DNA of 64,000 bases from Arenicellales bacterium (lineage in GTDB: Bacteria; Pseudomonadota; Gammaproteobacteria; Arenicellales; Poriferihabitantaceae). The translations under genes and the position numbers were made by a program. Under the pieces are notes generated by a model. The model was not told the origin of the DNA. It saw nothing but the letters and a program-made list of their open reading frames with translations, and searched no databases. How positions within the stretch are numbered: the first letter of the stretch is position 1; the number at the start of each line of letters is the position of its first letter. Below are positions 53,187 through 63,685 of this stretch, one piece after another. Where the stretch lies: the NCBI GenBank assembly GCA_963422685.1, contig OY730442.1:1327085-1391084 (forward strand). The letters are read 5' to 3'.

Positions 53187-54575
53187 TTACTCCATGGTTT
53201 CATTCCAATCACCGCCGAGTGCGAGAAAGAGGTTTACGCGGGCTTCCAATTGCTGTCGCAGGATCAGTACCCATTGCGATCGGCGGCTAAACATACGTTG
53301 TTGTATTTGGCTTAACTCCAGCAGGGTTATCTCCCCGGCTTCATGTCGTAAATGCGCTATTTCGTAGGCTTTCTTCGCGCTGATATAGGCGGCTTTAAGA
53401 TTGACCTGACGTTCTGACAGGCTGTGGTTTTCGTCGAGCTGCGTTTCAACTTCATTGAGCACTTCTAACGCTTTTTGTCCATAGGCGGCAATGGCAGCCT
53501 TCTGACTGGCGTTTGCTGCTGCTACCTCGGCTTTCAATCGACCACCATCAAAAACCGACGTCAGTAGTGATGTTCCCAGGCGCCAGGCCAGATTAACGGG
53601 GTCTAAAAGGTCGCTTAAAGACGTCGATGCACCGTCAACATTACCTGTCAGATTAACGCGAGGCAGTCGTGCCGCCTTTGCTTCATTCACGCGATTAAAT
53701 GCAGTTGCAATTCCGCGCTCTGCAGCGATAAGATCCGGCCGCCGTTCAAGTATTTCAGCGGGCAACCCGACCGGTGGCTCAGGGGGTAGTTTTGGCAAGC
53801 TGGAATCAACCGACAGGTCTGCCCCTGGGTAACGCCCTAACAACAACTCCAGTGATCTTTCTGCATCGCGCTCAGATTTTTCAATGGCCGCCAGTTGCTC
53901 TTTGCTGTCAGCAAGGTCGGATTCTGCAACGCCTAAGTCCTGATGCGATACCATCCCTTCCTGAAACTGGAGCTCCACAACACGTTGAATATTTTGGAGT
54001 GTGTCGACAATATCTTTATTGATTTTCACTTGCTGCTGAGCTTCTTTGACGAGAAAGTAGCTGCGCGCGACCGAGGCTGCGAGTGAGGATTGTGCAAATT
54101 GGTGTTGGAGTTGTTGTGCCTCCAGGTCTGCGGCAGTTGCTGCTGTGCCTGAGGCCAATTTCCCCCACACATCGGCTTCCCAACTGACTTGCAGCCCGGC
54201 GGACACTCTACCCGGATTGCTGCTGCCTTCAACTTGTCCGCTTTTCTCTGCGCCCAGATTAAGGTTTGCCTGTGGCTTTAAAGCGGAGGCAGCCTGGCGG
54301 TTAAGAGCTTGTGCTCTTTCAACCTTAGCTGCAGTGACTTTAAGATTACGGTTATTTTTATTGGCCTCTTTAACAAGACGGGTTAGAACGGGATCATTGA
54401 AATGAACGATCCAGTTGTCACCAACTTCTCCCGCATTAACACCTTCATTCCATTTTTCAGGGATGGCTGGCGCTTCACTTCTCGATATATTTTCTGTCAG
54501 GGGCGTAGTCGTGGTGCTACAGGCGCTTAAGACACCTACGCACAAGATCATGACACTCTGTTTTAAATACTTCAC
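53187..54575 (-). CDS. RND efflux outer-membrane factor lipoprotein (NodT family)
   Basis: 462 aa. Lipobox LCVGVLSAC|S and two TolC-like repeats. Confidence 0.85.
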   Translation of the reverse strand: MKYLKQSVMILCVGVLSACSTTTTPLTENISRSEAPAIPEKWNEGVNAGEVGDNWIVHFNDPVLTRLVKEANKNNRNLKVTAAKVERAQALNRQAASALKPQANLNLGAEKSGQVEGSSNPGRVSAGLQVSWEADVWGKLASGTAATAADLEAQQLQHQFAQSSLAASVARSYFLVKEAQQQVKINKDIVDTLQNIQRVVELQFQEGMVSHQDLGVAESDLADSKEQLAAIEKSERDAERSLELLLGRYPGADLSVDSSLPKLPPEPPVGLPAEILERRPDLIAAERGIATAFNRVNEAKAARLPRVNLTGNVDGASTSLSDLLDPVNLAWRLGTSLLTSVFDGGRLKAEVAAANASQKAAIAAYGQKALEVLNEVETQLDENHSLSERQVNLKAAYISAKKAYEIAHLRHEAGEITLLELSQIQQRMFSRRSQWVLILRQQLEARVNLFLALGGDWNETME

Positions 54576-57500
54576 AGCAAAACCTCCGGTTCTTTCTTAT
54601 TTCTGGTAACCAATATGTACAGACAGGGCACGACGAGTAACGCCAGAACAGTTGCGGCGGTGAGGCCACCAATAATCGTTAGTCCCAATGACAGCCATAC
54701 CTTTTGGCTCAATGCCAGGGGCAACATGCCGACGATGGTTGTTACAGTGGTCGTAATGATGGGTCTTAAGCGATCGGCAGCGCCTCTTGCGGCGGCTTCT
54801 GGTATGGTCATGCCTTTTTCACGGTAATTGTTCATGGTATCAATCATCACAATAGTGTCATTGACGACGATACCAATAAGGGCAATAACGCCGATCATCG
54901 CCATGAATGAAAACGGCACGTTGAACAGTACGAGAACGAAGAATGAACCAGTCAGAGCTAGTGGAATTGCCGACATGATAATAAGTGGCTGACTAAAACT
55001 ATCAAACTGTAAGACCAGTAATGCAAAGACCAGGAACAGGGCAATGTACAACATGGTGCCCGCTGAACCGAAGGTCTCTGCGCTGTCTTCTGCTTCACCG
55101 CCGAAATTATAGTGATAGTTCGATGGCCAATTCTTTTGAGCCTCATCGAGGAAGGGTTGGATATCTGCAATAATTTCCCCTGCGGTACGCCCTGCTGTAT
55201 CCGACATGACGGTAATTGAACGTTTGCCATCTTTATGAAGGACAGCGATTGGCGACTCGGCAAACTCAAGATCAACGAGGGACGTTAGAGGAACCGTTTT
55301 GCCGTTTTGAGTGGTGATATTGAGGAAGTTTGTCTCGTACATTTGGCTTGGCCCACCAATTTCGCCCGCTCGGCTCGGCCAGGCGTACCCCATTCGGATT
55401 TTAATGTCTTCTTCAATCCCGCCAACCACATACTTACCGATCTCGTCACTGGTGAGGAGCATGCGCGTTTGCTCGGCGAGTTCCGAGTTGCTCAGACCGT
55501 AGAACGTCAGGTTGTCCTGCCGTGGTGTAGCTTTTAGATCCAGAGCCGGAAGGCCAAGGTTATGGCGGACGTTATCCGCCCCATCGATAGATTTCAGTTG
55601 ATAGGTGACGCGTTGGGCGAGGTCACGCAACACTTGCATATCATTGCCGGTAATTTCAATCTGGACGGGTGCCCCTGAGGATGCACCGCCAATAGATGGC
55701 GTGAGCAATAATTCCCCCCCGGGGCAGGCGCTCATGGCTTGGTGTATTTTCTCGGTTATATCCGGCATATATTCATAGCCGAGTTTTGAGCGCGCATTCT
55801 TTGGCGTTAAGATCGCCGTAAACCCTACAAAATTCAGGCTTCTCGTCGGCAGTAATTGATCCGCTGGTGCTGGCGTGGAGAAAGGGCTTTTTTCTCCAAC
55901 ATATTTTGTCACGCTTTCCAGATAGTTCAGCTCGCGTAGTTTCTCGCCGACCGCGTCCGCGCATTGTTGTGCAGAGACCATGGAGGTATCTGGCTCTAGC
56001 TCGATTAATATCCCTGTGTTGCGGCCATCGCCTTTGGTCATAAGTTCAGAAGGCAGGGTTGAGAATGCCAGAATGCTGACAACAAATGCCGCAAACGCCA
56101 CACCTACCCATGTTGCCGCTGCTCGTTTCTTGTGGATAAATTTCCGCAGCAACAATGTAGCAAGGAGCTCACTGGCACGTTCACTGGCGACATCAACTTT
56201 CGTCTTTTTCAATTTTGTCCCGGCTTTGGGGAGAACAAAGCGGGACAGCGGGATACACAGCAAAAGCGCAACAAAATAGGCAGCGATGAGACACGCTATA
56301 GCGGTCATTGGCATTGGTCTAATGTATTTCCCGGTTAAACCGGCGATACCGAGCAGTGGAGCCATAGCCAAAATAGTTGTCAACTGGCCTGTCAGGGCGG
56401 GCACGGCATAAGTTTTTACGGTGGCTAAAGCAGACTGTCCAAAATTTTTGCCCCGTACAAACATATTGTCGTGCATGCCTTCCATCATCAGAATGAAAAC
56501 ATCGACCAGCAGTCCCAGAGCGATCACCATACCAACGATGACGATTTGATTGAGGGAGTAACCCAGTGCCGCAATCATAATCAGGCCGCCTGCAAATGCG
56601 ACGGGAATGGCTAACCCGGCGACCAATGCCTCACGCCATGTCAGGCTTATAACAAGAACCATAAAAACAACCAGCATGGACTGCCAGCCGCTGTTGAATA
56701 TATTCTTGAGATCTCCCAGAATGTTTTCGGATTCATCAACCACCACGGCGTATTCGATACCGTCAAGCCAGTTCGTGCTTTCTCTGGCATCTGCAAGTGT
56801 TTGTTTCGCGCTCTCAATAATATCAATGGCATCTTCGCCTGCGCTTTTTGTAATGGACAGTTCGACGGCACGCTCGAAGGGTTTGCCACTGCCACTAAAA
56901 AATGTGCGTGAACGTTCTTCAGCCTGGGTAATACGAATCTCGGCAATGTCGCCCAGTCGGATAAGCTGTCCGCTCTGCGTTTGTTTGAGGGGGAGATCTT
57001 TGAGCTGGCCAAGATTGCGGTACCGTCCTGTCATGCGGAAGGTCGCGCCTCCCATCTCTTCACCATCAAAGGCTCCCCAGGGGAGGTCAATATTCGCCTG
57101 CTGAACCGCATCCCTTACTTGCAGTGGCGATAAGCCCAAAGCGGTTATCCGGGAGCCAATAAGGCGTACCATAACAATTTTTTCACGGTCGCCGGAGATT
57201 GTCGCTTTGTTTACCCCTGGTATGCGCTCCAGATCGTGCTTGATTTTTTTGGCGAGGGCCGTGATTTCAGGCAGGTCTCGATTCCCGAATATACGGAAAC
57301 TGAAAATGGGGGTGTCATTATTACTGACTTGGGTAACGGTCGGCTTCTTGGCTGCTTTTGGCAGCTTTCCTTCGGCTTCGCTTACCTTGGTGCGAACACG
57401 TGAGATCGCATCCCCTGCTTCAATATCACTGCGGAATTCCACAGAGATTACAGAGTATCCGGCAAAAGAGCCGCTTCTAAGCCGTTTGAGCCCTTTCAAA

Positions 57501-57751
57501 CTTTTCAGCTCTTTCTCTAAACGATTGGTGATTTCCTGTTCAATGGTTTGAGCATCACCGCCGTCCCAAGTGGTTGTAATGGTTGCATTGGCAATGGCAA
57601 GATCAGGTTGTGACTCTTTGACCATGTTGTTGACAGACAACCAGCCGCCAATGAGCAGAATACTGAGAAGAAGTTTGGCAAAGGTTGTCTTTAGGAAAAA
57701 TGTTCGGCTGATAAACGAAGGCTGTTCAGCACCAGGCGCATTACTCATCAA
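54572..57751 (-). CDS. RND efflux permease (AcrB/HAE family)
   Basis: 1059 aa, 12-TM architecture with two large periplasmic loops. Overlaps both neighbours by 4 nt. Confidence 0.9.
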   Translation of the reverse strand: MMSNAPGAEQPSFISRTFFLKTTFAKLLLSILLIGGWLSVNNMVKESQPDLAIANATITTTWDGGDAQTIEQEITNRLEKELKSLKGLKRLRSGSFAGYSVISVEFRSDIEAGDAISRVRTKVSEAEGKLPKAAKKPTVTQVSNNDTPIFSFRIFGNRDLPEITALAKKIKHDLERIPGVNKATISGDREKIVMVRLIGSRITALGLSPLQVRDAVQQANIDLPWGAFDGEEMGGATFRMTGRYRNLGQLKDLPLKQTQSGQLIRLGDIAEIRITQAEERSRTFFSGSGKPFERAVELSITKSAGEDAIDIIESAKQTLADARESTNWLDGIEYAVVVDESENILGDLKNIFNSGWQSMLVVFMVLVISLTWREALVAGLAIPVAFAGGLIMIAALGYSLNQIVIVGMVIALGLLVDVFILMMEGMHDNMFVRGKNFGQSALATVKTYAVPALTGQLTTILAMAPLLGIAGLTGKYIRPMPMTAIACLIAAYFVALLLCIPLSRFVLPKAGTKLKKTKVDVASERASELLATLLLRKFIHKKRAAATWVGVAFAAFVVSILAFSTLPSELMTKGDGRNTGILIELEPDTSMVSAQQCADAVGEKLRELNYLESVTKYVGEKSPFSTPAPADQLLPTRSLNFVGFTAILTPKNARSKLGYEYMPDITEKIHQAMSACPGGELLLTPSIGGASSGAPVQIEITGNDMQVLRDLAQRVTYQLKSIDGADNVRHNLGLPALDLKATPRQDNLTFYGLSNSELAEQTRMLLTSDEIGKYVVGGIEEDIKIRMGYAWPSRAGEIGGPSQMYETNFLNITTQNGKTVPLTSLVDLEFAESPIAVLHKDGKRSITVMSDTAGRTAGEIIADIQPFLDEAQKNWPSNYHYNFGGEAEDSAETFGSAGTMLYIALFLVFALLVLQFDSFSQPLIIMSAIPLALTGSFFVLVLFNVPFSFMAMIGVIALIGIVVNDTIVMIDTMNNYREKGMTIPEAAARGAADRLRPIITTTVTTIVGMLPLALSQKVWLSLGLTIIGGLTAATVLALLVVPCLYILVTRNKKEPEVLL

Positions 57752-59022
57752 TATCCCCCTGATTGCGTGTTCTCAGGGGCTTCAATAACGCTAACAACGT
57801 CTACTTGCGAACCAGGCCTTAGGCGACTTTTCCCTTTTGTAATGACCTTGTCACCGGTATTCACACCTTCTATGATTTCCATGCCATCTATGCCAACCAG
57901 ACCCGTGGATAATTCCCGTTTCTCTACTCTATTATCGTCTTTCAGGATGTAGGCATAGTATTTATTATCTTTGGCAAGAAGCGCATTGAGAGGAATAATG
58001 ACCGCATCGTCTTTGCGCCCAATCTCGAACCAGACAGTGACAAAATCGCCATCAATCAGGTCAATCTCCTTATTTTCCGGTGTGGTGATTCTGACGCGCA
58101 TGGAGCGGTCTTCTATGCTGACTGCCGGGCTGACTGCGCCGACCCGCGCGGTCACGAAATAGTCATCCAGGGAGAGATTTAAAATCTCGCCAATGGTCTG
58201 AAGCTCCGCCAGAGCGTCTTGGGTCATAATGTAAACGACCTGTCCAACCTTGATACGTTTTCCGGTATTCAAGGGAACATTGACGATAATTTCAAATGAC
58301 GCAGGGTCAATCAGGACGATGGGTGCCGTTCTGGTTGCCAGCTGTTCGCTTGAGGCGTTGAACTGTTGTTGTGAGTAGTATTGCCCCTCTCGAATGTTGA
58401 TAAAGGCAATCTGACCATCAAATGGCGCACGTAGTTGGTTATCGTCAAAACCAGACTGCGCACGATCCAGGTCGGCTTCGGCTGATCTGACATTGGCCAG
58501 GGCTTGTTCATAAGCGGCTTTACGCTCTTCATATTGATTGGCGGCAATCGCATCGCCTGCGCGCAGTCGTTCGGCACGATCGTAGTCGCTCTTGGATTTT
58601 CTTAAACCGGAACGAGCCACGTCCAAACGCGCACGTGCAGATACGAGATCAGCATCCTCTTTGCGATGCTCAAGTTCAGCGAGCAACTCACCTTTCTTGT
58701 ATTGTTCGCCTGGCCCAATGACGGTATCTCCCTCATTGAGGTTTCCGCCTGCCGAGTTGCTTTTAACGTAAGAGATACGCCCTGAAGATTGGAAAACCAG
58801 GTATTCACGCCGAGCTGCTTTGGCGGTTCCCTGGCCATATTCAAATTCACTGATGCTGCCAGTGTAAGCTGTCGCTACCTCAACAGGGGTGTTGGTGTCT
58901 TCCTGAGCCTGGACTTGGGCGATGCCGATGACCAGGAAAATGCTGAAGCAGATAAGCCGGGTTAGGTGTCGTATCGGGCTTTTACGAGAAATGCGGCACG
59001 CTCTTCTTATTGGTGTTTTCAT
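57748..59022 (-). CDS. RND efflux periplasmic adaptor (MFP/HlyD-type)
   Basis: 424 aa. N-terminal anchor, coiled-coil hairpin (ARARLDVARSGL...ANVRSAEADLDRAQ), and beta-barrel C-terminal domains. Confidence 0.85.
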   Translation of the reverse strand: MKTPIRRACRISRKSPIRHLTRLICFSIFLVIGIAQVQAQEDTNTPVEVATAYTGSISEFEYGQGTAKAARREYLVFQSSGRISYVKSNSAGGNLNEGDTVIGPGEQYKKGELLAELEHRKEDADLVSARARLDVARSGLRKSKSDYDRAERLRAGDAIAANQYEERKAAYEQALANVRSAEADLDRAQSGFDDNQLRAPFDGQIAFINIREGQYYSQQQFNASSEQLATRTAPIVLIDPASFEIIVNVPLNTGKRIKVGQVVYIMTQDALAELQTIGEILNLSLDDYFVTARVGAVSPAVSIEDRSMRVRITTPENKEIDLIDGDFVTVWFEIGRKDDAVIIPLNALLAKDNKYYAYILKDDNRVEKRELSTGLVGIDGMEIIEGVNTGDKVITKGKSRLRPGSQVDVVSVIEAPENTQSGGY

Positions 59023-59543
59023 AATGCTCCTGCTATGCTGAATGACAGTAAAAAAATATTATATAACAATATTGCCTTATATATTTCAATCTAAATCACC
59101 CAAAATAGTATTAGAACGCACTAACAGAAAGGATTAGCTTTCCGTTCCTTCAAAGAAGATATGGAGATCTGTTCAGCGGCGTTTTTTGCACGCACTGACG
59201 GACTCTGGCAGGCCTCCCAACCTGCGCGTATAGAAGGCAGTATACTTGAAGGTGGTAAAGCTGCATTCAAGTTAAGAGAGAAAAAATACTCACTCGCTGC
59301 ATAAGCGAATGTTTGGTTAACGGCTGGTGATAGTTTAATGCAAAAGAATATAATGTTTATTTGTGATCAAAGCAAGTTAAGAAGTCCAACGGCGCTATTT
59401 CAGATTTGTTGTCGCAATAAAGTCACGCTTATGAGCTCCATCACTTCTTTATAAATAAAAAAGTAGGGTAAGGCTTTCCGGTCATACTGTCTTATCTTAC
59501 TTTCACATCCGAAAATAAGAAAAATGGTGTATAAGGATATGAT

Positions 59544-60008
59544 ATGCAAGCACCAGATACTAATGAGCTTCAAAATATTACAGAGTCAGAAGATGATTTT
59601 TCAAAAGCTGTTCGCTATAAGATTTCACGATCCAAAACTGTTGAGAAAAAAACCTACACAATAACGCTAGCAAATATCGACTATATAGAAAAAATTGCAA
59701 AGGAAATTGCTAAATCAAGAGATTCGTATAATTCATCAGCAAGCGAGGCATTACGAAAAATCATCAATGTAAATGCTAGGATTTATAACTACTACGATGC
59801 CAGACAGCCAGAAGAATTGTTTATTTTAGTTAGAAACATCATCAACAATGACGGAAATAGACCAGAATTTGATAAATGGATTTCCACCTATGTAGATTTA
59901 GTATTAATCCCTGTCATGCCGAATTCCGAAGCTGTAAATCTACCATTAGAAAAGATGGATATTTTAAAAGAAAAATGGGCAAAGAATATGAGTTACATTC
60001 TTAACTAA
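59544..60008 (+). CDS. hypothetical protein with a ribbon-helix-helix-like segment
   Basis: 154 aa, AT-rich. KKTYTITLANIDYIEKIAKEIAKSRDSYNSSASEALRKIIN fits a strand-helix-helix (CopG/Arc-like) pattern. The C-terminal ~80 aa are unassigned. Confidence 0.4.
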   Translation: MQAPDTNELQNITESEDDFSKAVRYKISRSKTVEKKTYTITLANIDYIEKIAKEIAKSRDSYNSSASEALRKIINVNARIYNYYDARQPEELFILVRNIINNDGNRPEFDKWISTYVDLVLIPVMPNSEAVNLPLEKMDILKEKWAKNMSYILN

Positions 60009-60245
60009 GTGTCGAGCTACAAAAATGAAATGGCAAGAGATCAAAGAGAATATTTTGACTATATCCCCTCAGATTTAATACTGGGGAAATTGGGCAAAGT
60101 ATCTACATCAAAAATACTTCAAGAGTCCGACAAGGATAAGTTCATTACACCGCCCACAAACGTAAATAATTTATCGAGAAAGATGTATAGGATAGTTCGA
60201 AGTGAACTGGATCGTATTAAGGCAGAAGTTAAACAGGCTGCATAA
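60009..60245 (+). CDS. hypothetical small protein, start overlapping or abutting the upstream stop (TAAGTG)
   Basis: 78 codons, GTG start immediately after the upstream TAA. No family recognised. Confidence 0.35.
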   Translation: MSSYKNEMARDQREYFDYIPSDLILGKLGKVSTSKILQESDKDKFITPPTNVNNLSRKMYRIVRSELDRIKAEVKQAA

Positions 60246-60421
60246 CAAAGATCAGATGGTGCGACAAGACGGTAAGAATCAATATATTTAAATAGAAACG
60301 GCTTTCAGGCCGATTTTCTTGTGAATACCAAACCTTGCGATTTTTGCACAAATACCTTTCAGATATGCCAGATTGAACACCTTCTTCAAGGTAGTCATAA
60401 AGGCCAGCGGCCCGGGCAGCC

Positions 60422-61442
60422 TCATATTCGCCGCTTCAAGGGCTTTGGCTTGTTAGCTGTTTTTATATCATGAGGGCCTAAGAAACGGTCGCCATTGAAG
60501 TGAATGATGTGATCTGGATTGTCAGCAATCCACACTTCTGTTTCCCATGCAATATCAGCAGCGTTCTTTCTGAATTCGGCGCGGTCTGGAAAGGCGGTCA
60601 CATAAACCAGGCCGACCTTGCAATCTTTGAACGCTTCTTCAAGTTCAACCCAACGCTTTGGTGAAACGGGACCATGACTTGTAACAGCTTCGATTAAGAA
60701 CAGCCATTCACGGTCTTCGTCATACACAATCACATCCGGTAACTTGTCGTGTGACATTGGTGGAACGCCTAACGATTCCAGATAGTCCGCTTCCAGGAAC
60801 ATCAGCTTTCCGCCTTCGTTGCGGCTGCTGGCAGCATCACCGATGTAAAGCAGTTTTCCACCTTTACCAACGAAGCGGGAACAGAATTCGTGAACAATAT
60901 CAGCATGAAGCTGATTGTGCTTTCCGGGTGATAGCTTGATGGTTTCACCGTTAGGAAAGGTGATGGGGATTTTTTGAAGTTCAATTTGGCGTTCATACTG
61001 TGCTGTCAATTCGGTCACAGCGTCTTTGTACTCCTGAACCTTATTCTTTCCAATTACCGTCAGGGTACACCGCCAAAATGTCAAGAATTGGTTGGTTCAG
61101 TTAATAATTATTGTTTTTGCTGTTAGTGGGTCTTGCAGGGTCGTCCCGGTTACGATCAACAACACGGGCTTGTTCAAACTGGTGAAGGGTCTGGCGTCTA
61201 ATCGTTTCACGGCTATTCGGCTTGTAATCCATGCCGTATTCACTACGGATGAATTCCATAATGTTCACAGTTGGTAAAAGGGGAGCGGTAGCGGAAGCCC
61301 AACTGTCTGAAGGCTTAATGTTAGCTAATGCCAGGAACACCCATCCTGAACGGTCGTTATATTGTGCTTTTGGCAGCCCCAGTGCTGTCAAAAGCGCTTT
61401 GGCTTGTTCAAGCTTTTCTTGTTGTTGTTCGGTAAATTCCAA
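60422..61442 (-). pseudogene. BsuBI/PstI-family type II restriction endonuclease with an in-frame TAA and a frameshift
   Basis: N-domain [24 protein letters not shown]...[18 protein letters not shown]...[28 protein letters not shown]. The frame then changes to [10 protein letters not shown]...[31 protein letters not shown] (catalytic domain pattern). Confidence 0.75.
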
Positions 61443-61453
61443 GTTTCACCCCT

Positions 61454-62715
61454 TTAAATAGTGTCCATTACCCCAAGAACAGGATTGACGATCAAATCAA
61501 CTTTGTTTGTTATAACCGTCTTCAACTTTTGCGCTTGCTTGCCAATTTCTTTCACTTGTTCGCGTAAAGGGAATTTCATAACCCTGATTTCAGTTGCGTT
61601 TACCTGGGTGTTTCCTGAAATACATCTGAAATACTTGTCCATGAACGATGAATTGAATATTGCAGCAAGCCCGTATTCTTCGGTGTTCGTTAGTTTGCTA
61701 GAAGATAAGCCAATGTAATTTGTTTTGTTTCCGAATCCGATCAGTTTACAGTTATGTGTGGTGGCAAGATGAACCCCCGCGACTAAACGCCGTTTTTCAT
61801 CTTTTGAAGAAAAGCGTTTCAACAGCACGAAGGTTCCATTTTCCATTGTATGCTTTTCATGACCTTCGTTTAGCATGAAGGACACTTCCTTTTTTAGGCC
61901 GCCGGTCCATGTTGTGGTCAATGGCGTAACATTGTGTGGGCGGTATAGGGGGATCGAATTAGGCGCATTTGTGTCTTCAGTGATGTACTTGCGCGTTCGA
62001 TGTTCGACAACACGACCGGTGGAAATGAAGTAGCCAGCACCTTCAAAAGTGGTTGGGAATGTTTCGGCTTGCCTTAAAATACTGGCTTCACAGGCTGATT
62101 CGGGAATGCGGATGATTCTCTGATCATTTGAAAGGTCAATGATCAGTTCAACTGGGTATTGTTCTTCGTTAGCGTTGTTTATGCTTGTGTCACAGTCGCT
62201 TGAACGAACGGTTACCGCTTTTCGGTCTTTTCCTTTAATGAACCGGCAAATGATATTTTCTTGAAGAACCGCCGAATCATCATCTTTGAACACTTTGTCC
62301 CGGTGCTTGAAGATATGTATCAAGTCCAATACTGATTCGGTTAATAGGTACGAACGGAATCCCTTGAAGTACAAACCACTGCTGAAGCTACGGGGCGTAA
62401 TCGTTACCATCTGCCCACCATCTTTCACACAAGCCATTACAACAGCCATGAAAGAAGCGTAAATGTTGGGGTCACCGTGGAATAGGTCAGCCGCCACTTT
62501 CGCATAGGGTGAATCTGCCACGCTGTATTTGAAGTACGGCGGGTTGATCACTGACACATCAAAAGATTGAATGCTTTCATCTTTGTCGGGTCTGGCAAGA
62601 ACAAAATCTTCACAACGGATTTCATACGTGAAGGTTCCGCGTTGCTGGATGAAAGTGTTCTGAACGATCTTCAGCGTTTGTTCAAGGTTGTTGAAGCCAA
62701 CTCAATGGAGTTCCG
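61454..62715 (-). pseudogene. N6-adenine DNA methyltransferase (gamma-class, NPPY), 5'-truncated: no AdoMet motif I remains
   Basis: ...EIRCEDFVLARPDKDESIQSFDVSVINPPYFKY...GGQMVTITPRSF.... Upstream homology (VGFNNLEQTLKIVQNTF) stops at a TGA at ~62700, and composition switches to AT-rich unrelated sequence at ~62715-62730. Confidence 0.7.
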
Positions 62716-62728
62716 AACCATCAATGTT

Positions 62729-63591
62729 TTACCCGGTTAATTTTCCTTTATCTGCTTTTTTGGGTTTTAAAGTATTGGTAACAGAATGAAACGGCGATAT
62801 ATCCTCATGTTTTCCCTGATAAATTCTTCCTGGATGTAAAGATAATGCTTCCAAAGTTTTATCTATCAAACTTAATGTTGACTTTTTATCTTCTGAATTA
62901 ACCTCTATTTCAATGAGTTGAGTCTTATACCTTTCAAATGATTTAGACAATGCTTCTTTATAGGCGTAGTCTTCTACTAGTATAAACTACTAACCATATT
63001 ATTGGCACAGTAAAAGGGAGTTTTAGAAATATGTATTGGAATAGTGTTCAAAATTTGATGCGGCTATTTCAAATGGATCAGGGGAGTAATTAACTACAAT
63101 AAATAAACTAACAATAGATATAATAAATGTAAATTCCCACATTCTTTTTGGAGCTTTGAAAGATTCTTTTCTTTACTTTAAATGCAGAAGCCAGGCCTGC
63201 ACTCGTTGCCCCTGGTAAAAGGCTTTCTACTTTTTGTGTTAATTTTTTTACTTTCTCTGATAGTTCATTCAGAGATGCTGTTTGTTCTGATAGGGTCTGC
63301 CATATTTTCGGTAATTTTTCGGATAATTTTAACACTTCTTGATAATCATCATTTGCTGAGTTTTTTGAATTATTTATTTCAGATGTGTTATCCATTGCTG
63401 CTTGTTTTAGCGATTGGATTTGATCAGTTTCTTCTTCGGCATCGGATAATCGCGTAGAAATCTAATTTGCAGAATTAGTAAAATTAGAATTATTTTCTTC
63501 CAGTTCTTCAAAAAGCGCCTTGCTTGAAATTATTAAGCTTTCTAATTGCTCTGTGAGTGAATTTAATTCTTCGTTATTTGGTCTTGCCATT
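62729..63591 (-). pseudogene. coiled-coil / transmembrane protein of unknown family, with an in-frame TAG and at least 2 frameshifts
   Basis: MARPNNEELNSLTEQLESL...NSAN*ISTRLSDAEEE...SLLPGATSAGLASAFKVKK, then after a shift in an A-run ESFKAPKRMWEFTFIISIVSLFIVV (TM), then in another frame EDYAYKEALSKSFERYKTQLIEIE...LSLHPGRIY. Confidence 0.5.
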
Positions 63592-63639
63592 TATATTATT
63601 CCGTCTTTATATCCGCGCTCTAGAAACCTTAACATCACC

Positions 63640-63685
63640 GGCAAAATAAAGCTATAGTGAGGAACGAATGTAGCTTTATTTTGCC
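63640..63685. repeat. perfect 15-bp inverted repeat (GGCAAAATAAAGCTA-N16-TAGCTTTATTTTGCC)
   Basis: Read directly from the sequence. Sits about 50 nt upstream (minus strand) of the coiled-coil pseudogene start, in decayed AT-rich DNA. Terminator-like but lacks a clean U-tract. Confidence 0.5.

Noticed and set aside
62729-62950. ORF 62729-62950 as the missing N-terminus of the NPPY methyltransferase (same reading frame, separated by two stops)
   Set aside because: It contains no AdoMet-binding motif. Its sequence continues the upstream coiled-coil/TM pseudogene (EDYAYKEALSKSFERYK...), and composition changes abruptly at about 62715-62730. The MTase is 5'-truncated, not merely interrupted.
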